The notes beneath the pieces are model-generated. The model did not search any database. It was not told the origin of the DNA and worked only from the letters and a program-made list of their open reading frames with translations. From Phoronis australis (lineage: Eukaryota > Animalia > Phoronida): a stretch of DNA of 64,000 nucleotides. Of the stretch, positions 1 through 12,829 are shown piece by piece. Every line of letters begins with the position of its first letter. The first letter of the stretch is position 1. The position numbers and the translations under genes were made by a program. The stretch covers positions 88,051 to 152,050 of the forward strand of contig NMRA01000128.1 of assembly GCA_002633005.1 (NCBI GenBank), given 5' to 3'.

Positions 1-808
1 CACTTATATACTTTTAGACTTGAACAAAAGCATTAATTCAAAATAACAAATTCATGAAACATGTTCTTTTGTTTTTGGTTTATTTTTTATTATTAATTTA
101 ATGATTTCATGGAATGGTTTTAGACAACTCGTAATATTTTAATAACTTTGACAGTTCTTTAGGCAATTATCAACCTTCGTGAATTTTTTTAAAAAGCAAT
201 ACATGTTGAGAGTAAACCATAAATATGAGAAATGGTTCCTTGGATTTTGAAAGTAAGAATATGATTGTATAGTTCAAAGTCTCACGCAGGTTAGGATTTT
301 ATATGAACTCGTGTTCACAGCACGAAAAATGACAATCATCTGGTTATATACGACTGTCCAACGTTTACAACATGAATTAAGATGATTCAGTCTAGGATTT
401 TAAAAATATTCATTTTTGGGCACAATGCGGACAGTGAAACGTGTGAAAAGACATAATGAAGTTTGAAAATTAGCTTAGCATTTTGATCATGGCTGATTTG
501 CAGAAACGCCAAAAAAATGATAACTGGTTCTATATAACCAAAGAATCCTTTAAATATTTACGAATTTTTAAAATGCATTTCTCAAAACGTATTATTTTGC
601 TTATATGCCTGGTTTGACAGTATATCAAAAATGAAATTTTCCCCCAGAGCATCACTGGTAAAACACTTTCTTTGGTAATACCATAGATTAAGAATTCGTA
701 GACACTAATAGGAGTACCGCATTATGGGAATCGGTTTTCTCCATTGAAAAATGGGCATCGAACTGGTTCTCAAACTCTGAATCCCATGTAAGTGACTATT
801 GCCCTTAC

Positions 809-942
809 TTCTTCATGGCTATCTTTCCTTCATGGTGAGTGACAAGTGAGAACCTCGTGAATGTTTTTTCCAGGAACGACGTAACAGATCCATTGAGTGC
901 CAAAAGGTTTTGAGAGTATAACAGCAGTTCGTCTGCCCACTC
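809..942 (-). CDS. PLCB: Phospholipase C-beta, internal exon (end of PH domain / start of EF-hand region)
   Basis: 134 bp between acceptor cccttgctgcttcag and donor gtaagg. Reads EWADELLLYSQNLLALNGSVTSFLEKTFTRFSLVTHHEGKIAMK plus 2 nt, in frame with the upstream exon. Resembles PLCB1 [45 protein letters not shown]. Confidence 0.93.
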
Positions 943-1484
943 CTGAAGCAGCAAGGGTAGAACGATTAAAGCAAATTTCAGTCAGGAAAATGCACCAGAT
1001 TCTCGAAATATAGTCATCGATAACTTCAATATTATCAACTTGAATAATGTAAATACCATAAAGTACCAACACAACAGGTAAGCCGGCATTGCACAGTAGT
1101 TCAGGTATTTGCCAGGCGACTCTTACCATGCTGAAGAATATTTATCCAAATTCCAGCCAAGTATCTTAAAATCTTACCAAATTTGGCCAAAAATAAATAC
1201 CAAAGGTGATATTTTTTTAGTCTTCAAGGGCTTCCAGCCTCCTGCCTCAAAACATTGCCTGGGAGTAGCTATGGTGTATGTTTAACATGTTGAAATATCT
1301 ACTTGGTGCTTTCATGTTTTATGAAACAAATGGAGAAATAACATTTCCTTTGAATGCCATCTCGTGTCCTAAATGGATGAGATTTTACCGTAACTAGTAG
1401 AAAATTGTTTATTTCCACCAACACAAACGCCTCTAAGCAGAATGAGAAGTGTTATCGAAAAAAAAGAAAGAAAATCATTCTTAC

Positions 1485-1625
1485 AGTGGCCAACTCTATT
1501 GAATTGCAGACAAAGTTCAGCCACGAAATGTTTATCATGTCCGTTCCGTAACAGATCGAGATAGTTTTATCTTCCAGCGCAATATCAGGGGCTCCCATCA
1601 TGCACGAGTCTCTCAGTTTACCCTC
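1485..1625 (-). CDS. PLCB: Phospholipase C-beta, internal exon (PH domain)
   Basis: 141 bp, phase 0/0, atatttcag|...|gtaaga. Reads EGKLRDSCMMGAPDIALEDKTISICYGTDMINISWLNFVCNSIELAT, matching the PLCB KLR...LE....T/S..YG.D.VNIS.LN.V motif. Confidence 0.95.
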
Positions 1626-3003
1626 CTGAAATATTGGAATGAAAACATAATGAGAACAGAAAGCTACAAGACAAATGAGACTTTGTGTGGATGCAGCAAT
1701 TATCATCATGGACATAGTCTCAGGAGAAAAATCAGCTCGCATTGGATGATCATTTTATGATCACGTGACAAGGTAACTGGATGGTGTCTCAAGACATATA
1801 TCACATAAATGTTATGAAATGTACTTTTTGTAGAACTAGTTATTACATCAAGACCTGTGATGTACAAAAGTATTAGAACAAGGGCGAGATATACATAATC
1901 ATGCTACAGACATCCTACGTCATCAACAATCGTCAAATAGTCATTGCTGATCACAGATCGCGTGATACACGTTGCAAACATGCTCGTTCAAAACTTTCTG
2001 CGTATGCAATTTCCATTAAATTAATTTTCGTGCAATAAATGAAATAATGCACATTTCTACCTCTTAGTGATTTAACAATTCCAAAAATATTGTGAAGGGA
2101 TATTCCTGACGAGGTTTGAACCTGTGCCCTTTGGGTGCACCTGATGATAAAAAGAGTGCTCTTTTTCAAAAGGCTATGCCCAGCAGACTTAGTGTAATTA
2201 AAGTGCTAACATATGAAACATAACCCAATGAGACAATCGAAATATGAACAGAGCCATGTTCATGTAAAAGTTGCATTTTTACTTAAAAATTCCAATCTGA
2301 CTTCAAACAAACTGTTCAGCTGTAGCGGAATGAGAACAGTCTTATGATGTAAAATCTGACATACCAAATTAACAAAAAATAGGCAATCAGACAAAGACTT
2401 CAATAAAAGATTTGCCTGGTGGGCACACTCCTGCAATTGTACTTGCACATTTTTATTTTTTATGTGCTAATGGCGCAAAGGCGCAGTTCAGGAATATCCC
2501 TAATTACAGCTATTTAGATTCCTTCTACGATTTGAAATTGTCTCATCTTATATCAAATAATTCTTAGAATTAAAGAACTGTACGTGTCATTTACCTGAAA
2601 ACTTTGACATATGAAGATGTTATATTTTAACAGTCGCACAAAAATCTACGAGAGTGTAGACATTGAGCTTGGTACTATGTCAGGAATCTTGTCCCTCTTC
2701 AAGCTCAGATCACTAAACATGTCAAGTGGCCTGAGCTTCAAGTAAGTGGACAGTCCTTGAGACTGAGCTAAGTAAGATGCTTGGGGCAGGTGTTATTCAA
2801 TCTTCCAAATTAATGAACGTAACGAGACAAAACTAATCCGACAAAATACTGTTTCCGAGTCATGGCGGATAGTTCTCCTAACAACAAAAATGGCTGGTTA
2901 TAACTATTACAGTGGCAATATTTTAATTACAAAATGGCTAATTAACTGAATTTCCTGTTAATTGCCCTTTGTTCTCCACAAGGGAAGATTACTCTGATGA
3001 TGA

Positions 3004-3091
3004 ATTTGACTCCTCCCCACTTGTCATGACAGGGAATTCCTGGTCATTTGACTTCTCCCCACTTGTCATGACAGGGAATTCCTGGTCATTT
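3004..3091. repeat. 42-bp tandem duplication (2 copies)
   Basis: atttgactYctccccacttgtcatgacagggaattcctggtc starts at 3004 and again at 3046. Confidence 0.9.
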
Positions 3092-3611
3092 TGTATGACA
3101 TACTTTTTAGCCTGTACTGTATCTTTCATATGGAATTCTCTCATCAAAGAAAGAAAAGAAATCCCACGGTATCTGCCTATTTATTATCCTCGTATCTGAT
3201 GGCTGTAACCCCAGAATACAGGACAATCAAGATTATCTCACATGATCAGAGTGAAATCATTGATAACTTCCATGAGATACTGCTGCCCAAAGAACTGCAT
3301 TAAATAACAGTTTGGCAATAATTAATGTGATGGTTGTGTTCCGATATTCAACTGAAGTCGCTAATTGTGCATGTGGTTTTATCCACTATGCTGGACGGAG
3401 ATGATTGGCATCAAGTGAATGTTTTCGTTTTGTTTCGTGTTTTTCAGTGCGTAAATTATGTAACCTACCATCCTCAGCATGTGAAAATATCAATTAATGT
3501 GATTAAAACTAAGACCAATAACAACCTACATCATATCTAAGTCTAGCTTAACTACTATACAAATGACTTTCATTAACTTAATAACTATATTTATAGGTCA
3601 AACAATTAAAG

Positions 3612-3896
3612 GGTAGTGTAGTTGCTAATAGTTGCTTATATTTTGCTTGAATAATCACCAATCTAATTAAAAATAACTTTTATGTCAATTAGCACATGTA
3701 AATGTTCCCAAAATTGTCACATTTAAAAAACCTTAGCGTGCAGCACTACCTTGCGATTACTTCGATGACAACAGCGTAAACTACCATTTATTTTGATGTC
3801 CGGTAACTACCGAAGCCGGCAAGAACAGTTCAGTTAACTTCGCAGTTTACGTCGACACTCCACTCAGACTGGAGTTAAATAAGTGTGAAAAGGCCT
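3612..3896 (+). mobile_element. PIF/Harbinger-like MITE family A, right-hand fragment
   Basis: Aligns by eye with 56514-56823 and 23265-23644 (cttcgcagtttacgtcgacactcc.ctcagactggagttaa). Ends in gtgtgaaaaggcct. Confidence 0.7.
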
Positions 3897-5134
3897 ATAG
3901 TTAGCAATACATTTCTATCAAACATGATCTGGGGAGAAAAACAATTCCTTTATTCACAGGCCTATCCTCCAAATCAACGTCATGGAGTTGTTATTAGACT
4001 AAACTGAAATCAGTTTCACCCAATGACTCAGGGTGCTCCCCTGACGGTTCATACTACTTCGTGACTGCAAGTGACTGACAAGAAGAAACATCCTAATGAC
4101 CATCGACTGAGGAAATAACAAGTTATGAGTTCTTAAAAAACATTTCTTGTAAATGTTCAGAAGATGGTAATACAGTTCCATTATTGCAGTAAATACAGTA
4201 CAAGACAAAAGTAATCAGACAAAGGACCACTTGTCACGATGGCTCATTCTGTAAACAGAAGAAATTACTGGTACTGACTATTAAGGTTGCAAAATTTCAA
4301 TTACAGAATCGCTTAGTCAACTTACTAAATTTCCTGTTCATTACCCATAATTCTCGGTCATGAGAGAAGGCTACTGTGACGATCAATTCGTCTCCCACAC
4401 AGTCGTTGTAACGGAGAGTTCTAAGTCATTTTCTGTGAATACTTTTGGCGTTTTTCTGTATGCTTCAATCATTTTCTGAATACATTGCACCCAAACAAAA
4501 ATCAAAATTTCAAGAAAAAAATAATAATACCCTTGAAAATAACAACAACTGAGTGTCCACAACCATTTTGCTTGGTCATGGCCGTATTAACTGATGTTAT
4601 TCAATTATGAGTGATGTCAAGAAATATCTGAAATTATGATTAACCAGACAAGTTATATTAAATTAGATTTTCCCCAATTTTGAATAGACCACACATGAAT
4701 CTGTGTATTTTATCGCACATGATTTTTTAGATTTAATTTCACCAAGAAATTGCAAAAAGTTATATTTGAATGCCTAATTCTATGGGAAAAGTTTAACGTA
4801 GTCTACTAGTTTATGAGAAAACATAGCAAGTGTTGGTAAATCTTGGAATTTGAGGTTACAAATGACAAGCTGAGCAACTAAAGTTGGAAGACGTGTGTGG
4901 CGAGAGACGAGTTCTAGCTGAGTTTGTCGTTAGCAAACCGAGGTCGCATTTTTCAATGAGCTGGCACAAATCGGACTAGTGTAAGCTAAGCTTTCTAAAA
5001 TCCTTAAATTTCAAGAACTGTGAAAACCCATACGTTTGAGTGACATGTACCATGTGTGATCCCCATGTTGTCCTGTGTTAGTACCCCTCACAACAACGAC
5101 AAATGGAATACACTGGCATCAGAACACACCTTGT

Positions 5135-5384
5135 CAAAGGGAGGCTTTCAGATAGTACAGTAATGTGGTGACTGAACACAAGGGCTAGATACTAGTGACC
5201 TCTAGAGGACGAGTAGGCAATTCCACTTTTGTTTAAAACACATTACATCTTATCACATATATGGTACTGTAAAAAGAAGTCTTTTCATGAAGTCAACATA
5301 TTCCCCTCTGCCACCCGCAGGTGGCGGTAGGAGTCACTGGTCTAAAGTGATCAGCTTTCAATGCTTTCTGAAAGTCTCCCATTG
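5135..5384. mobile_element. MITE with imperfect TIRs (gggaggctttcagatag / ctttctgaaagtctccc)
   Basis: Terminal inverted repeat is visible, and a second diverged copy lies at 14806-15040. Confidence 0.6.
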
Positions 5385-5644
5385 AGTGTGAAAAAGCCAC
5401 AGGGATCTCAGTGCTCATACTGATGGTAACTAAAACAAATGTACAGAGTAATTAGGATAGCACACTGTATATACATTTACATGATGACAATGACTTGTAC
5501 TTTGTCATTAATGTTATGTTGAGTGCAGAACATTGTTCCGAGGATACGAACGGAACGGAATAAAGACTGTTAATAACGACAAGTGTCGTGTATTTAATCC
5601 ATTCTGCATATCGGAAAACTTGCTCCTGAAGAACAGCCACTTTG

Positions 5645-6342
5645 TCATTAGATAATGAAAATACAGGTGACCAACATTAAAAACAAGTACTGGTAATCAG
5701 AAATCGTTACCATGGAAACAAATGAAATATCTTCAATTGTACGTAAAAAGCCTAGCAGGGTTTTTTAATTATGATCACCCACTGCAAACACTTTACAGAA
5801 AATATGCAAATGAGATTGTGACTGTTTTTCCAAACTCTTAATTTGTATAAGCTAAATATTAAAAATATCAAACTTTAATTGATAAACTTAAAAATGATAA
5901 CACATTTCACATTTTTAAATCTGCTTAAGATTTCAAAACGAGCATTTTGAGTTTGATGTAACAAAAGGTAAAGTGTAAAAATCAACCGTTGCTCAGATAT
6001 CTGATATTGTTTATTTCTTAGGTGAACAGCCAGAAAAAAAACAGTATACTTTCAAAAATTAAAAACAAGGTAAACAATAATTTTGGTAAAAGCACGGACT
6101 GAATCGCACCTCGACAGTTTGGCTTTTTGAAATTTGCAGTTTATAAGAATTCTTTCTGCATATACCCACAAGAAAATCGTCTCCTGTTTGAGCAAAGAAA
6201 GAAATATAGGCGCAGAAACCAGACATTTTTGCACTCACAACTTCACTAAGTAGATGGGGGAATGTCAGGGATACAATAATAGATGTGAATAATTTCAAAG
6301 GTGGATTTCAAACTCCATTCCTCATAGCACAACTCTACTTAA
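5645..6342. mobile_element. Probable non-autonomous DNA transposon fragment ending at TTAA (Kolobok-like)
   Basis: Ends ctcatagcacaactctac-ttaa. No partner TIR found, so the family assignment is tentative. Confidence 0.3.
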
Positions 6343-6872
6343 CAGCCTTAGCATGGGTAGAGTTTAACAACGCCTAGAACACTACCTCATGCTGCGACTG
6401 ACAAAAAGTCTTCCGGTCAGCTGTTAGTGGAAGTACAATTAACGTCATACTGTTTACAGGTGTCATCCACTGGTTACACCTGTTTGTAGCAACTCACAAG
6501 ATGACACAGCATGCAATGTTCCAGTTACCATGGAAATGGAAATGCACTGAATAAATCAAGAAATTGTTTTTCACCAAGACACAATTCTCTGCTTCACAAT
6601 TTGAGAACCTTTAGCCTGGTTTCACTTTGCTATGATGTGCTTCTAATCTAGTTTTGAAGATGATTCGCCTCCAGATGGTCCAGAGGATCGACAATCCAGG
6701 CAGACACATGAGAGCAGGATGGCAGAGTTTGACAACCCTGAATTTATTTTTGCCTGCCAGTAATATTTATAAAATTTTGCATAAAATCTAGAATTATAAT
6801 AAATTAGGGCCAAGCCCTACACAGATCACAAAAGTTGTTTTGGCAATAGATAATGTACAGTACCGTAGTTAC

Positions 6873-6941
6873 CTTGGGTACTCTTGCATATTTTCCTGTC
6901 CGTGTATCTCGGATGAGAGATATTTCTAGAAAGTCCATCTC
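6873..6941 (-). CDS. PLCB: Phospholipase C-beta, internal exon (PH domain)
   Basis: 69 bp, phase 0/0, tttgttttttag|...|gtaact. Reads EMDFLEISLIRDTRTGKYARVPK, typical of PLCB1-3/Plc21C (compare [23 protein letters not shown]). Confidence 0.95.
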
Positions 6942-9102
6942 CTAAAAAACAAATGAAAACTGTAAAATTTTCTGAACCAAATAATGCACCTGTGACCACT
7001 GTTCAATAGCTTATTGTTTATCATAATTCACGGACACAGATAAAACCTGTCCCTTTTGAAGTGTATAGCAAAAATTTTAAGACAATTTTTAATTAAATGC
7101 AAATCAAAAATAAGTCATTAAAAGGAAAATTTGAATAATCCTGACAAAGGAAATTGCATTAAATTCCAATCGAACAACATCCTGTGTACTCCTTGCACTT
7201 TACATAACTTCACATCCTCTAAGACTGCAAGACGAAACTATTGATTTTTGCTCACAATAAACTAAGGTGTCATAACACACTGAGGAGCGGTCAAAGCAAC
7301 AAAGTGACTGTTGTTCGTGAAAGCTTTACCTAGACCACGACACAAGACAGAATTTAAATGTTTTCTGCCCACACTGAAAGAAAAACAAACATTTACCATC
7401 TTGGATAGAAAGTGAAAAATGTAGCAAAAGCAGAAATAGGCCCGTATACCCAACATATAAACAGAATACACGTTGTTTTGTTTTGACAAGAGTTAAGTCT
7501 TATACAAAAAATTTATTAACTGGTTTAATGTGTTCCCAGTAGCCATGCATTAAGTCGAATGCTTTTACCAGTTCAGAAAAAGGAATTTATATTAAGACTT
7601 TGAGATCAAAAGTAGCAAGCAACAAAAGTCTAACACTCCATAAGGTAAAAGCTCACCAATTTTGGATAGAATTAATTGTTAAGATTGATTGTTAAGATTG
7701 TCCCTTTTTTCATTTTTAAGGGCTTCTAACAATGTTGTAAATACACACAATTTCTCAAAGCATTCTCAAATGATAGCTACGGTTTTTGACACACAAGTTA
7801 ACCAAGGAAAACCATGAATTTGGGGCTACATGCTTTTCAATGAAAAAATAAGAATAAAATTTCACTTGTCGGCCATACTATATCGTAAATAGGCAAGATT
7901 TTGCCATAACAATGTTTGTTATTTTTAAAACCTGGGAATTGTTATGTTATGTAACCTTATCCACCAAGTCTCTGCATTAAGCTGAATTTCTATAAAACCA
8001 GAATTTAAAACTTGATTTAGATCAGTATTACGAAATTTTTTCTCCAATTGTTCCTTAGTTACATGTGATATTTTTAGAGCTTTGAAAAAACTGAAAGTTA
8101 TAGCTTGAAAACAGGCCTTAAAAGGCCCTCCATAGCATGTAAGGCCATTCCCAGCAACGTTGGGGTGTCCATGTATGTTTTGGAGAGTGTGTCTGTATAA
8201 ACATTTAATTTTGGTCCTGGATCGAAGTAATATCAGTGTGAGTAATCTAAGAAGTGAACATGTGGATTTAACAGCAGAACATGGATGCTTCAATACAGTA
8301 TGAATGGTTGACTAGAGTGTCATTATCAGGTGGCACTGTCAAGAAAGGCAATGTTGACTATTAAACAGACAAAGCCCGTATTAAGTGTGAAATCTGACAA
8401 CAGGTTCATAGACATACACATCCAATCAAACATAACATCTTCTTGCTGCATTATCTTTTGAATGAATAATTGCAGTTTTTAGGCAAACATAGTAGGCTCT
8501 GGTCTGTACCCTAACTCAGTTTGAGACCTCCACCCACCGCCAAAAAAAATGCCTGCTGCACAAATGCACGTAAGCAACGGTAAGGCAAGTTTGAAGAACT
8601 ATAATTTTCTAAGTGGTGAGTAAAAAAACAAATTCCACACCATTATGCTTGTCTCAGGTGGATTTTCTTTTTTTGAAAAAGTGAACAACAACTAAAAATA
8701 CTGCATAACTGATCTGATTTTCAAAAAACAGGCTTGAGGTTATTGGCCTTATCAAAACAATGTTGTGGTAGAATACAGTCTACAGAATTTTGTTTTATCT
8801 GACTAGTTGAAATCAAACATTGCAAAGGGAACTCCAGTCCTTATAATAGCATTCTTGATGTATCAGTAGCACTGTTTTTTGACAGTTTTAAAATTTGACT
8901 GTTAACTCTTGGTCTATTTGTATACCCTTATTTTCTAACTGTAGTAAACAAAATTAATGTTATCATTCAAAACACAAAGTAGGGGACAGTGCACTGCTAA
9001 CCGCATAACTAGGTTAGTGCAATACTAGATTATCTACCAAACAAAAGGACATGAGATTAGTCAAAAGAAAATATTTGAGGAGAACTTGCAAAACAATAGA
9101 AT

Positions 9103-10843
9103 TACAATAGCAACGCAGAGCGTTGAAATGCACCCATGAATGCATCACAAATGGTGTGCTTTTAGGGTTATCTATTTGTATCATAAAAATGGCCACAAGA
9201 TGGTGCAAAAACGTACAATCCATCAAAAAACTGGAACATGCCATATTTCATAAAACTGTGTCAAGGAACTTCAGAAAAACAAAGCAAAAACAGAATAAAA
9301 TGAAATTGCCACTTAAGTGGGGCACAGTGTCCGTTGGATCCGCCTGAAAGTCGTTGAAATCTGTTGTTATCTTCATTACAACTACACTCACTAAATTTAA
9401 TGAAGATCCTGCAGTGGGTTTAGGAGATAAAGCTATGGGCACAAAACAAAACAAAACTACCACTAGGAGGAGCCACAGTAGTCAGTCGCCATCATCAAAC
9501 GTCGTCCCCTTTACACTGAGAACATATATGCCATTTTTAAAACCATCCCTACAATGATTTGGTTGATACAAGGGTTGACACTAAAAACAAGATTCGAAAA
9601 CAGCAAAAAAGGCCACCAGCTGGCGCAAAATACCTCGATTCCATCCAAAAACAGGGTAGCATCACCTCACCAATAGATGCCTATGTTAAAAATTTATGAA
9701 AATCTATTGAGGACCTTTGAACATACAGTTAAACATAAAAAAATGAAATTGCCACTAGGGGGCACACCACTAGTCAGACCCATCTGAAAGTTGTCGTTGT
9801 TCATTGCCTATATCATATGAATACACTTTCTAAATTTAGTAAAGATCCTGTGAATGGCTTAGGAGATACAGGCATAGGCGCAAAAAACAAAACTGCGACT
9901 AGGAGGCGCCACGGTAGTTGAAGTCGTCGGAAAATCATCATCAGCCGTCCACTTCACAGTATGAACGTACATGCCAATTTTCATAACCATTCTTCTAGCG
10001 ATTTGGTTGAGAGAGGGGTGGACGCAAAAAACAGACTCGAAAACAGTAAAAATGGCCACTAGATGGCGCAAACTACATCGCATCCATCCGAAAATGGGGG
10101 AACAATGTCATCTCACTAATACGTGCCTACATATTGAATTTTAAGAAAATCCGTTGAGGACTTTTAAAGATACAGTGGTAAACGTAAAAAAATTTAAATT
10201 GCCACTAGGGGACACACCCGTAGTCGGATCCGTCCGAAAGTAGTCATCATCAGTTGTCAAAGTCATATAAATACACTTCCTAACTTAGTAATGATCCCTC
10301 AAACGGTTTAGGAGATACAGCCATAAGCGCAAAAAGACAAAACTGCCACTAGGAGGCGCCACAGTAGTGCAAATCGTCGGAAAATCACCGTCTGCCTTCC
10401 ACTTCATAGTAAAAACATACATGCCAATTTTCACAATCATCTTTTAAGCGGTTTGGTTGATAGAGGGGTGGATGCAAAAAACAGACTCGATAACAGTAAA
10501 AATGGCCACTAGGTGGCACAAATTACGTTGAACCCATCCGAAAATGGCAGGATAGCGTCATCTGACTAATAGGTGCCTATATACCACATTTTAAGAAAAT
10601 CTGTTCAGGAAGATACAGAGGGAAACGTAAAAAACTAAAATTGCCAGTAGGGGGCACACCGGTAGTCGGATCTGTTCGAAAGTTCGCTCATGCCGTCCCA
10701 TCCCATCTACAGAAGGAACACGTGCAAAATTTCATGAACATATGTCAAGGCGTTTTGGAGATAGAGCAGCGGACGCTGGACGGACGGACGGACAGAGATG
10801 ATGGCATAATGCGTCCACATATAAGTATGTGGGCGCATAAAAA
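9103..10843. mobile_element. Helentron-associated non-autonomous element (HINE/DINE-1-like) with an internal higher-order tandem array
   Basis: Left small hairpin caacgc-aga-gcgttg (9111-9126) and subterminal atgcacccat. Internal monomers of about 150 bp in a 3-mer of about 450 bp. (GGAC)n at about 10770-10795. A 13-bp stem-loop atgcgtccacata-taag-tatgtgggcgcat (10809-10838) is followed by an A-run. Confidence 0.7.
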
Positions 10844-11777
10844 TGAAATATGAAATTACACTGCATGTGATGACAACTTTTGAAAAGGATAAAGTTACAA
10901 ATCTGAAAGGAAACTGTCAACAAAAAAGCAAAATGTACTGACAGGTCTACTGTAAACATGTAACAAAATGTGAAGACTGAAAACAATAAAAGGAAAATCT
11001 ACCACAGAGTGGATGCGTAATTTGCTCAGAGACAATTGCTTATACAACAGAAAAAGCAATATGCACAAAACCTTTGTAGAAAAACCTAGACTGATCATCC
11101 CTTGAGAACTTAACTAGAACAGTCAATTATAATATAAATCGCTACATGAAACGCCATGTTGCTACACGTTTTCCATTTAAAGATTTGATTCTCTAACCTG
11201 CAAATTAGCTCCCGCCTTAAAGCCCCATTGGCAAGGGTGCACACTTTCACCAACGTCAAACAAAGGCAACAGTCCAATTGTTTTAGAAAGCCTACACAAT
11301 GACCGAATTGACAATGACAGGTACAGCAGAAATCCTTCAATTGATAATACATTATTGAAAAAATGTAGTTCCAGCACAAGTTTATTTTTGAAGTGTGCGT
11401 TAATATCTCTCAATTTATAGTGTAGAAATACTCCCATTACCACTAGATGGCACAGGAAGCCACCGTTCTTAAAGGCTGGTTTCCTACCTAAATGCTAGGT
11501 GTTGCGACATCTATGTGGGTCTATAAACTCTTGGCTAGTTCTCTGCCTGAGTGCTAGGTATCGCCACATCTATATATCTGGCTGATTCTCTACATCTGAG
11601 CAATATGAACGTGCCATCACGTACCAATAATATTGACTGAACTGAGAGGCGAGGCAACAGCCAATCAAAGTTCATCAGCGAATGTGGATAGTCTACCGTT
11701 CCTAAGTCTCTCGTTAGACGAAACCTCAATGAAGACACTACCACATCAAGGCATACTAGGACTATTTAGGGACCCTG

Positions 11778-12177
11778 TGCGCAGTTGCATGAAACAGTCC
11801 CAAATAGGTACTCAACAAAGTTCCCTAAATCTACTGCATATTTTTGGACTTGTGAAAACATTGATTGCCCTTTCTTGTATTGTTTTAGTTTCGTTAGTAA
11901 GTCACCTTTTGATTTTGATGCAAATCGAGAGTGAACTCTACCGCGTTAAATTATCAATATTTTCAAAAGTAATTAGGGATCTTTTCATGCAACACCCCCA
12001 ATTTAAGGACTGAGTCCTTATATATCTTCAATGAACTCTGGGCTCAGTTTCTAGTTATATTTAGATGAAATGATAGAAAAATATGGTATCAGTGTTAGTC
12101 CATAAAGACACAAATACACAAAAGATTTAGGGACCTTAGTTGAGTCCCTATTAGGGACTGTTTCATGCAACCAGACA
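11778..12177 (+). mobile_element. 400-bp PIF/Harbinger-like MITE family B with CTG target duplication
   Basis: TIRs tgcgcagttgcatgaaacagtcccaaatagg / cctattagggactgtttcatgcaaccagaca. CTG at 11775-11777 and 12178-12180. Inverted copy at 18305-18707. Confidence 0.85.
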
Positions 12178-12300
12178 CTGTTCCCTTCATGTTGTAGCCT
12201 GTAACTACCTATCAGTTTAAGGCTACTGATAACATTCGAAGTTAGGATATTCTGGTTGACCCGCCTTTGAAGTATTTTGAATTGTTTTTACACCAGGAGC

Positions 12301-12463
12301 AATTGACCTATCGGCAGGATTTTGACTGACGGCTTAACTGACCAATCAGAACACAGCATTCTTAACACACCTTCGTCTGCATTTCCAAGCTGCCATTTTA
12401 CCCAACAAACAACACTTTGTCGGTGACTTTTCACGAGGGGGCGGAGCTTGCGATAGGACAATT
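12301..12463. mobile_element. Short MITE family C (TIR aattgacctatcg)
   Basis: TIRs aattgacctatcg / cgataggacaatt. An inverted second copy lies at 34613-34796. Confidence 0.75.
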
Positions 12464-12788
12464 GACACAGTGCAACTTGTCATGGTGCGAGGTGCTCCAC
12501 TTCAGTCATATTGACACAACATTATCGCAAACTGGATCAGCACGGAACTCAATTACACAATGACAGTCTACGCATGTTCGGTACAAGAATGAGGAACAAA
12601 ACAATGTGATCACCATATATGCGCTACTGCGTAAGCGCACTAAAAGATGATCCCTTCCGTCTTGCCCGATTTCATGTTTAAACGTATAATTGACACCAGT
12701 GCAATTGATCCAGCGCAACTCGCTCTGCCTCTCAAACCGATGACAAAAACAGCCATCGCATTGTTAATTTGCTCCCTGTCAGTCCTGT

Positions 12789-12790
<2 letters not shown>

Positions 12791-12826
<36 letters not shown>
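12791..12826. repeat. (AC)18 microsatellite
   Basis: Read directly from the sequence. Confidence 0.98.

Positions 12827-12829
<3 letters not shown>

Noticed and set aside
830-1129. 99-aa minus-strand ORF in the supplied track
   Set aside because: It overlaps the real PLC-beta exon 809-942 in a different frame and has no recognisable homology.
2969-3303. Short ORFs on both strands around the 42-bp duplication, including a possible exon FFGQQYLMEVINDFTLIM-stop
   Set aside because: No recognisable family, the repeat explains the apparent peptide repeat, and PLC-beta splices cleanly across the region.
9103-10843. CRISPR-like appearance of regularly spaced short motifs
   Set aside because: The intervening sequences are homologous at a period of about 450 bp rather than unique spacers, there are no cas genes, and the context is a eukaryotic intron.
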